Positions 58,451 to 64,000 of a stretch of DNA of 64,000 nucleotides are shown in pieces. A program made the position numbers and the translations under genes. Each line of letters begins with the position of its first letter. The stretch's first letter is position 1. The stretch covers positions 44,746 to 108,745 of the forward strand of contig JALOMJ010000001.1 of assembly GCA_025455485.1 (NCBI GenBank), given 5' to 3'. Origin of the DNA: Bacteroidia bacterium (GTDB lineage: Bacteria > Bacteroidota > Bacteroidia > B-17B0 > Aurantibacillaceae). The notes beneath the pieces were generated by a model, which made no database searches, had not been told where the DNA came from, and was given only the letters and a program-made list of their open reading frames with translations.

Positions 58451-59617
58451 CTAAGAAATACGGCCTTCTTTAATGCTTCTTAAAATCATTTTATCCTGCT
58501 CCCCAAACACCAGGCCCCGCCTCTCAAACACCTTTTCTGCGGTTTCAAATAATTTTTCGAGTTTATAGTCCTGCAAGCCTTCGCTGCCTCCCCAGCTGAA
58601 ACCGGGAATGTGTGTAGGCGGAAAACCTCCACCAAAAATATTACACCCTACGCCAACCACTGTCCCTGTATTAAACATGGTGTTGATACCGGTTTTGGAA
58701 TGATCGCCCATCATGAGTCCGCAAAATTGCAGACCGGTATTCTCAAGCTTATTTAGGCTGTAGCTGTATAAATTAACGTTAGCGTAATTGTTTTTTAAAT
58801 TGCTGTTATTGGTATCGGCTCCTAAATTGCACCACTCGCCCACCACCGAGTTTCCCAGAAACCCATCGTGCGCTTTGTTACTATAACCCAAAATCACCGA
58901 ATTGTTGACTTCTCCTCCCACCTTGCAATGCGGACCAATGCTGGTTGGTCCGTAAATTTTGGTACAAAGTTTTAAGGCACTGTGTTCGCCCAAAGCAAAG
59001 GGTCCGCGAACCACCGAACCTTCCATAATTTCAGCGTCTTTACCAATGTAAATGGGACCCGCTGTTGTATTAAAAATGCAAGCCTCGGCTTTGGCTCCTT
59101 CTTCAAGATAAACCAGATGTTTATCGCCTATAACCGTAACGGTATTGCTAAGGGGCTGTGATTTTCTTTTCTTGGTTATTAAACCTAAATCGTCCACTAT
59201 ACCTAATCCACATTTTTGAAAAAGATGCCAAACCCTTTCAATGCTGTTGTAGGCATGGGTGTAATTTATTCTTTTTAACTCCTTAAGCTCATCCGGATTA
59301 CGTTTTTTTCCGCGATAGGCTAATACCGTGGTATCAGCATACAAGGCGCAATTCAGATTCAGTTCCATAATGGCTTCTACCAAATTGGCATCAGGCAAAA
59401 GTTTTGAATTGATAAAAAAGTTATCCTCAGAAAGTTCAGCCGGGAACTTGTCCTTGAGGTAATCTTTGCTTAATGGGGTGCAGGGGTATTCCAGATTAGC
59501 TTCCCACTTTTGGCGTAAGGTAAATATACCCAAGCGTAATTCGCAAATGGGTTTAGTGAATGTAAAAGGAAGAAATTGTTTCCAAACTTCTTCCTCATCA
59601 AAGAGTACGACATTCAT
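58451..59617 (-). CDS. GlmU-family putative sugar nucleotidyl/acyltransferase (Bacteroidota type)
   Basis: N-domain FLPFTFTKPICELRLGIFTL; hexapeptide repeats, GGEVNNS, NKAHDGFLG, NLGADTNNSNLKN. Confidence 0.88.
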   Translation of the reverse strand: MNVVLFDEEEVWKQFLPFTFTKPICELRLGIFTLRQKWEANLEYPCTPLSKDYLKDKFPAELSEDNFFINSKLLPDANLVEAIMELNLNCALYADTTVLAYRGKKRNPDELKELKRINYTHAYNSIERVWHLFQKCGLGIVDDLGLITKKRKSQPLSNTVTVIGDKHLVYLEEGAKAEACIFNTTAGPIYIGKDAEIMEGSVVRGPFALGEHSALKLCTKIYGPTSIGPHCKVGGEVNNSVILGYSNKAHDGFLGNSVVGEWCNLGADTNNSNLKNNYANVNLYSYSLNKLENTGLQFCGLMMGDHSKTGINTMFNTGTVVGVGCNIFGGGFPPTHIPGFSWGGSEGLQDYKLEKLFETAEKVFERRGLVFGEQDKMILRSIKEGRIS

Positions 59618-59619
59618 AG

Positions 59620-62388
59620 TTAATGCTTAACCGGTTTAGTAATCTTAAACTCAGTGCGGCGGTTAATTTGGTGTTCTTCGTCAGAACAACCAACACCATC
59701 TTTGCATTTGTTTAGCAGCTTGGTTTCTCCGTATCCGCTGGCTTTTAAACGACTTTTGCTTATGCCTTTACTCACAAGATAATCTACTGCTGTTTGCGCA
59801 CGCTTTTTAGACAACCACATGTTAAAACCGGCGCTGGATTGTGAATCGGTATGCGATTTAATTTCCATAATAAACTTAGGGTTCTCCAACAACACATCCA
59901 CAGCTTTATTCATGATGCTTTGTGCTGCCTGATCGAGATTATAATCGCCATAGGCATAGTAAATATTTTGAATAATGGTTACCGATAACTCAGCCTCATC
60001 TTCATCATCAGGATGTGTTTCTTTGGCCGCAATCACCACAGGAGCCTTTTTCTTTTTGGTTTCAGGCACTTTTGTAGTGTATTGTTTCGGGTTTTTTAAT
60101 TCTGCTACTCTTAACCATGGATCTTCCACCACAAATTCTCCCATCATGGTTTTATCAGCCTCAATCATTTTAAAGGAGAACTTGCCGTTAAATATTTCAA
60201 GCGTTCTATAAATTACACCTTTGTTATCAGCAATGTAAATGCGCGTAATGCCTTCCAGTGCAGGGTCGTGTTCTTCGGTCTCAAACAAATAGGTTTTATC
60301 CACCGGCAAATTTTTGAAATTGAACCTTCCGTAATCGGTGGTCACTAATTTCTGAATCAACTCCCCATTTTCGTCTCTGACATACAAACGCAAATTAGGA
60401 ATTGGTTGTTTATCCTGATTAAACACAGTGCCATACACGTCCATCACCAGATTTACATCGTCTGCATCCATCTCCTGAAGCGTGGTGCGGTCGGAGGCCA
60501 GAATTTTAAAATTAAATTTATCGCTTCCGGTAAAGTAGGTTTGAATTACCTTTCCGGTTTTATTGGTGAGTGTAATTTTTGTACCTTCAGGTAGGTCGAT
60601 ATCTGTTTCTTCTACAAACACCTGATAATTTTGATCGGAAGGAATGTTTCTAAAAGCAAAAGCGCCAAACTCATTGGTGGTGGTTTCTTCCAACACGTCA
60701 CCAAATTCACCAATCAGTTTCAAACGAGTATTTTTTAATGCCGTTGACGGCTTATCACCATACAATAAATTTCCGGCAAAAACCAATTCATCCTCAGTGT
60801 ATAATTCAGGCAAAGCATTGGGGTCCATTGGCAGGTTTTTAAAAGCAAACTTGCTATCGCCGTATTTGTTGGTTACTTTTTGAACTGTGGAATCGTTAAC
60901 GGTCATATAAAACCGGGCCTTGGCAGCCAGTACCGGATCATCTTCCTCTACAATAACCATGTATTTTTTATCGCCTTCTAAACTTTTGAATGCAAATTTT
61001 CCGTTTTCGTCAGTAAAGGTGCTGTCAATTACATTTCCATTGGCATCTAACAATTTCACTTTCTTTTGTTTTGCAAAATCCCTAATGTCCTCGGTCATTA
61101 AAATCGTACCGGCCACAATTAAGGACCTATTCGAATACCTGTAATGATAAATATCGTCCTTGCCTTTTCCGCCAACACGGTCGGATGAAAAATACCCTGT
61201 TGAGTCATCTACCTGAGTTATACCAAAATCATCTGTGCTGCTGTTCAGGTTTAATCCTTCATTGCGAAGAAGTAGCCAGCGCGAATTTTCGGTTTTTGCA
61301 GTAAAAATATCCAAGCCACCATAGCCCGGTAAACCATTTGATGAGAAATATAATTTTCCTGATTTCGACAAATAAGGAAACATTTCATCGCCGTTGCTGT
61401 TCACCTCCGGACCAAGGTTATAAGCTTCACCAAACTCCCCGGAATCAAGCGGGCAGGCCCAAATATCTTTTCCACCGTAGCCTCCGGGCATATCACTGGT
61501 AAAAAACATGGTTTTTCCATCCTGACTCAGGTTTGCATGAGCAACAGAATACTCATTGCTGTTCAAAGGAAATTCGGTTGGCTTGGCCCATGATTTTCCA
61601 TCTCTTTTGAACACATAAATTTTTGCCGTGAAGGTGGCCGACTTGCCTTTCACCTTGGTAGTGCGCGTTAAATACAAGGTGTTGCCGTCCGAAGATAAAC
61701 AAGCCGGGCCATCATGATAAGGGGAGTTGAGCTCCGCTGCAAACTTTCTGGCCTTGGTGCCGTTTGCCCCATTCACATCACTTGTAAAAATATTTAAAAA
61801 GGGTTCAGAATTATTGGATGCATTGTCGCTCAAGTCAAACTCCTCACGTTCGGCGGCAAACAACAATTTACCATTAGCATATTGTGGCGAAAATTCGGAA
61901 CGCGGCGTGTTGATGGTGCTTAAATTCTGTACAACATATTCGGGACGAGATGGGGATGTGTTTTGTAAATCATTGCAAAACTTTAGGGCCTTTTTGACAC
62001 TTTCGTCACCTGGTTTTTGGCTCAGGTAGAGCTTGTATTGCTCGGCTGCTTCGGGGTATTTGTTTTTTGACTTTAAAATCTGGGCATAGTTAAGATGGAA
62101 TTCCGGTGGAAAATCTTTCAGACTATCGCCCGGTAAATTAAAAGCAGTTTCATATGCTTTCTCTGCCTTGTTGTATTCGTTCATGGCCTTGTAAGCATTG
62201 CCCAGCTTTATGTACGCTTCTTGTTTACGCGGATTTTTTCCTTTTGTATCCGCCTGATAATAGGTGGCGGCTTCGTTATAACGCCCTAATTGAAATGCTT
62301 TATCTCCCTTTTTAATCTGAGCAAAGGTGTTGCCGGCGATAAAAAGAAGGATAATGGATGTAAAGATTACACGTGTGTTTTTTTGCAT
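59620..62388 (-). CDS. PorE-like OmpA-family protein (TPR, PD40 propeller, 3 x CarboxypepD/Cna-B-like modules, OmpA_C)
   Basis: N-terminal TPRs; PD40 motifs FTSDMPGGYGGKDIW, GYGGLDIF, SSDRVGGKGKDDIY; OmpA motifs SHTDS..N..LSKKRA, GYGE, NRRTEF. Follows porP. Confidence 0.87.
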   Translation of the reverse strand: MQKNTRVIFTSIILLFIAGNTFAQIKKGDKAFQLGRYNEAATYYQADTKGKNPRKQEAYIKLGNAYKAMNEYNKAEKAYETAFNLPGDSLKDFPPEFHLNYAQILKSKNKYPEAAEQYKLYLSQKPGDESVKKALKFCNDLQNTSPSRPEYVVQNLSTINTPRSEFSPQYANGKLLFAAEREEFDLSDNASNNSEPFLNIFTSDVNGANGTKARKFAAELNSPYHDGPACLSSDGNTLYLTRTTKVKGKSATFTAKIYVFKRDGKSWAKPTEFPLNSNEYSVAHANLSQDGKTMFFTSDMPGGYGGKDIWACPLDSGEFGEAYNLGPEVNSNGDEMFPYLSKSGKLYFSSNGLPGYGGLDIFTAKTENSRWLLLRNEGLNLNSSTDDFGITQVDDSTGYFSSDRVGGKGKDDIYHYRYSNRSLIVAGTILMTEDIRDFAKQKKVKLLDANGNVIDSTFTDENGKFAFKSLEGDKKYMVIVEEDDPVLAAKARFYMTVNDSTVQKVTNKYGDSKFAFKNLPMDPNALPELYTEDELVFAGNLLYGDKPSTALKNTRLKLIGEFGDVLEETTTNEFGAFAFRNIPSDQNYQVFVEETDIDLPEGTKITLTNKTGKVIQTYFTGSDKFNFKILASDRTTLQEMDADDVNLVMDVYGTVFNQDKQPIPNLRLYVRDENGELIQKLVTTDYGRFNFKNLPVDKTYLFETEEHDPALEGITRIYIADNKGVIYRTLEIFNGKFSFKMIEADKTMMGEFVVEDPWLRVAELKNPKQYTTKVPETKKKKAPVVIAAKETHPDDEDEAELSVTIIQNIYYAYGDYNLDQAAQSIMNKAVDVLLENPKFIMEIKSHTDSQSSAGFNMWLSKKRAQTAVDYLVSKGISKSRLKASGYGETKLLNKCKDGVGCSDEEHQINRRTEFKITKPVKH

Positions 62389-62389
62389 A

Positions 62390-63316
62390 CTATAAAAATC
62401 TTGGATTAACTATTTTTACTTTTTTCGGACCCATATCGAAACCAATCATGATTTCATGACTACCGCCAAGGCGACGGGCATCCTGCAAACCTGTATCGTA
62501 GGAATACGCTGCGCGAATAGTGTTGGTAATATAGTACTGCATTAGAAACCCCGGACCAAAACCGCTTCTGTAAAAAGCGCCTAACCACAATTTTTTAAAC
62601 AATAAAAAATTCAGATTTAAATCGGTGGCTACTTGCCCATTTACAAACTTAATAAGCACAGAAGGTGCGAAAAGTAAAGACTCACTGAATTTAAATGATT
62701 TGCCTGCTGTAGCAAACACGTGGGTTTTGAGTTTGAAACTTAAAGAGCCGTTGGAGCTTTGGTACTCGGCAATTTTAGGAGAATTAAGGTGTGTGGCACT
62801 GAGTCCGAAGAAAAAATCATTGCTTTTTAAATACATACCGGTACCAAGGTCGAGGTTGTTGGTGGTTTGATCGGGCATAAATACATTGTTGTTTTCGGTA
62901 ATGAGCATTTTAATTTCATCCGTTTGAATCTGATAGCGGTTAAACCCGGCACTGAAGCCCATGGATAATTTCCATTCTTTACTCAACTTAAGAATATAGG
63001 CCGCGTTCCCATAAAAGCCAAACATGTTTTTAGGTCCAATTTTATCAGTTAATATGGTTACACCTACACCCAGGTTTTTATCATTGATGGGTGAGTGCAC
63101 ACTAAAACACGAGGTTAAGGGTGCGCCGTCAATCCCGGCCCATTGCTGGCGTACAGAGGCTGTGGTGGATAAGCCATTGCGTGCACCGGCATAGGCCGGA
63201 TTAATCACCATTTGATTAAACTGGTACAGGTTGTATTGCGCATCCTGCTGCGCCTTGAATAGCGAACCGGTAAATACTACAACCAAACTAAGTATAAATT
63301 TATTTTTCATAAGCAT
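62390..63316 (-). CDS. PorP/SprF family T9SS membrane protein
   Basis: Motifs QQDAQYNLY.FN..INPAYAG, RQQWAGIDGAP, YSYD, GSHEIMIG; ends PRFL. ATG overlaps the upstream stop (TAATG). Confidence 0.92.
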   Translation of the reverse strand: MLMKNKFILSLVVVFTGSLFKAQQDAQYNLYQFNQMVINPAYAGARNGLSTTASVRQQWAGIDGAPLTSCFSVHSPINDKNLGVGVTILTDKIGPKNMFGFYGNAAYILKLSKEWKLSMGFSAGFNRYQIQTDEIKMLITENNNVFMPDQTTNNLDLGTGMYLKSNDFFFGLSATHLNSPKIAEYQSSNGSLSFKLKTHVFATAGKSFKFSESLLFAPSVLIKFVNGQVATDLNLNFLLFKKLWLGAFYRSGFGPGFLMQYYITNTIRAAYSYDTGLQDARRLGGSHEIMIGFDMGPKKVKIVNPRFL

Positions 63317-64000
63317 TAATTCTTTAATAATTCTACCCAACCCTTAATGATTTTGTCACCATCGCCTAATTCGAGCACATAAAAATAGGTACCGGAAACC
63401 AAAGTTCGTAAATCGGCATCTTCGGGCCAGCGGACGGTGGTGTTATCGTAGCCGTTTCTGTCGAAGAGCTTATTGCCCCAGCGGTTATAAATGCTCAAAC
63501 GGTTATTGGGGTATTGTTCAATGTTTTTGATGTGAAAATAATCGTTGATGTTATCGTTGTTGGCGGTTACCCCGGTGTACACCGTAACATCACAGGGCGG
63601 ATTAACATCCAGCACAATAATGGGGCCACGAATGATGGAATCGGTAATTGAATTGCCACCGCCAAGCGGGCGTTTTACCAAAACGGTAAGGAATAAAGTA
63701 TCGGCACCTAAACTATCCAAACGGCTGCAGTTGTTGGCAGGGCAGAGGGTGGTATCAGACCAAAGGTAAGAAATGGTATAACTTGGGTTGGCATTGCTCA
63801 GGCTGGTGCTGATGTTACCGTCTTTTTTTCCGCGGCAGGTCACGTGGTTAATCAGCACATCCAAAGTTACCCCGGGCAAAATGCTGAAGTTTTGCAAGAA
63901 ACCCTGGGTGATGGTGTTGGTGCCGCCGTTTACCGTTTGCACAAACACCTCGCCCACGTTATCGGTGAGGGTGAGGGTGCCGCCGGGTGCAGCGCGATCT
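63316..64000 (-). CDS. T9SS type B cargo (SprB-like repeat plus gliding-motility-associated CTD), 5'-truncated by window edge
   Basis: SprB-like HVTC.G..DG.I...Y.WS; type B CTD TANNDNINDYF.I...IYNRWG...GTYFY...GWVEL. Frame is open to the window edge. Confidence 0.87.
   Translation of the reverse strand, partial: DRAAPGGTLTLTDNVGEVFVQTVNGGTNTITQGFLQNFSILPGVTLDVLINHVTCRGKKDGNISTSLSNANPSYTISYLWSDTTLCPANNCSRLDSLGADTLFLTVLVKRPLGGGNSITDSIIRGPIIVLDVNPPCDVTVYTGVTANNDNINDYFHIKNIEQYPNNRLSIYNRWGNKLFDRNGYDNTTVRWPEDADLRTLVSGTYFYVLELGDGDKIIKGWVELLKN

Noticed and set aside
1-64000. CRISPR array, tRNA/rRNA, prophage, retron/DGR or defence system
   Set aside because: I recognised no regularly spaced repeats, cloverleafs, reverse transcriptase, integrase or phage genes.

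Overview
Chromosomal segment of a Bacteroidota bacterium. The assignment rests on many TAnnTTTG -7 promoter boxes, gldJ, two porP/sprF paralogs, PorV- and PorE-like genes and T9SS cargo proteins. Most of the window is housekeeping: murF, yidC, dnaK, panC, glyQS, greA, nadB, yebC, recJ, prmA and tpiA. I saw no rRNA, tRNA, CRISPR array or prophage. Four loci stand out. (1) At 7.1-10.5 kb, a small His-rich membrane-anchored ORF ends in the ribosome-arrest motif RAPP, has a hairpin over its stop codon, and lies directly upstream of a metal-type TonB-dependent receptor and a lipoprotein; this is a candidate metal-sensing translational-arrest attenuator. (2) At 21.9-31.3 kb, a tightly coupled cassette encodes a large TonB-dependent receptor, a 1488-aa secreted protein with an atypical CTD, and its own PorV-family barrel; this is a candidate SusD-independent uptake system built on the T9SS. 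(3) At 49.5-55.5 kb, a DNA-repair/accessory patch holds a Pif1-like helicase with an internal repeat tract, a frameshifted RAYT transposase with a REP-like palindrome inside its own CDS, a hidden SRPBCC gene remnant, a radical SAM gene and an exonuclease/GIY-YIG gene. The last two are divergent and separated by a palindromic operator candidate and a Flavo-1-like structured RNA. (4) At 56.5-64 kb, a type B cargo-porP-porE operon is followed by a GlmU-like gene and a TMTC-like glycosyltransferase. All family calls come from motif recognition by eye; no searches were run.
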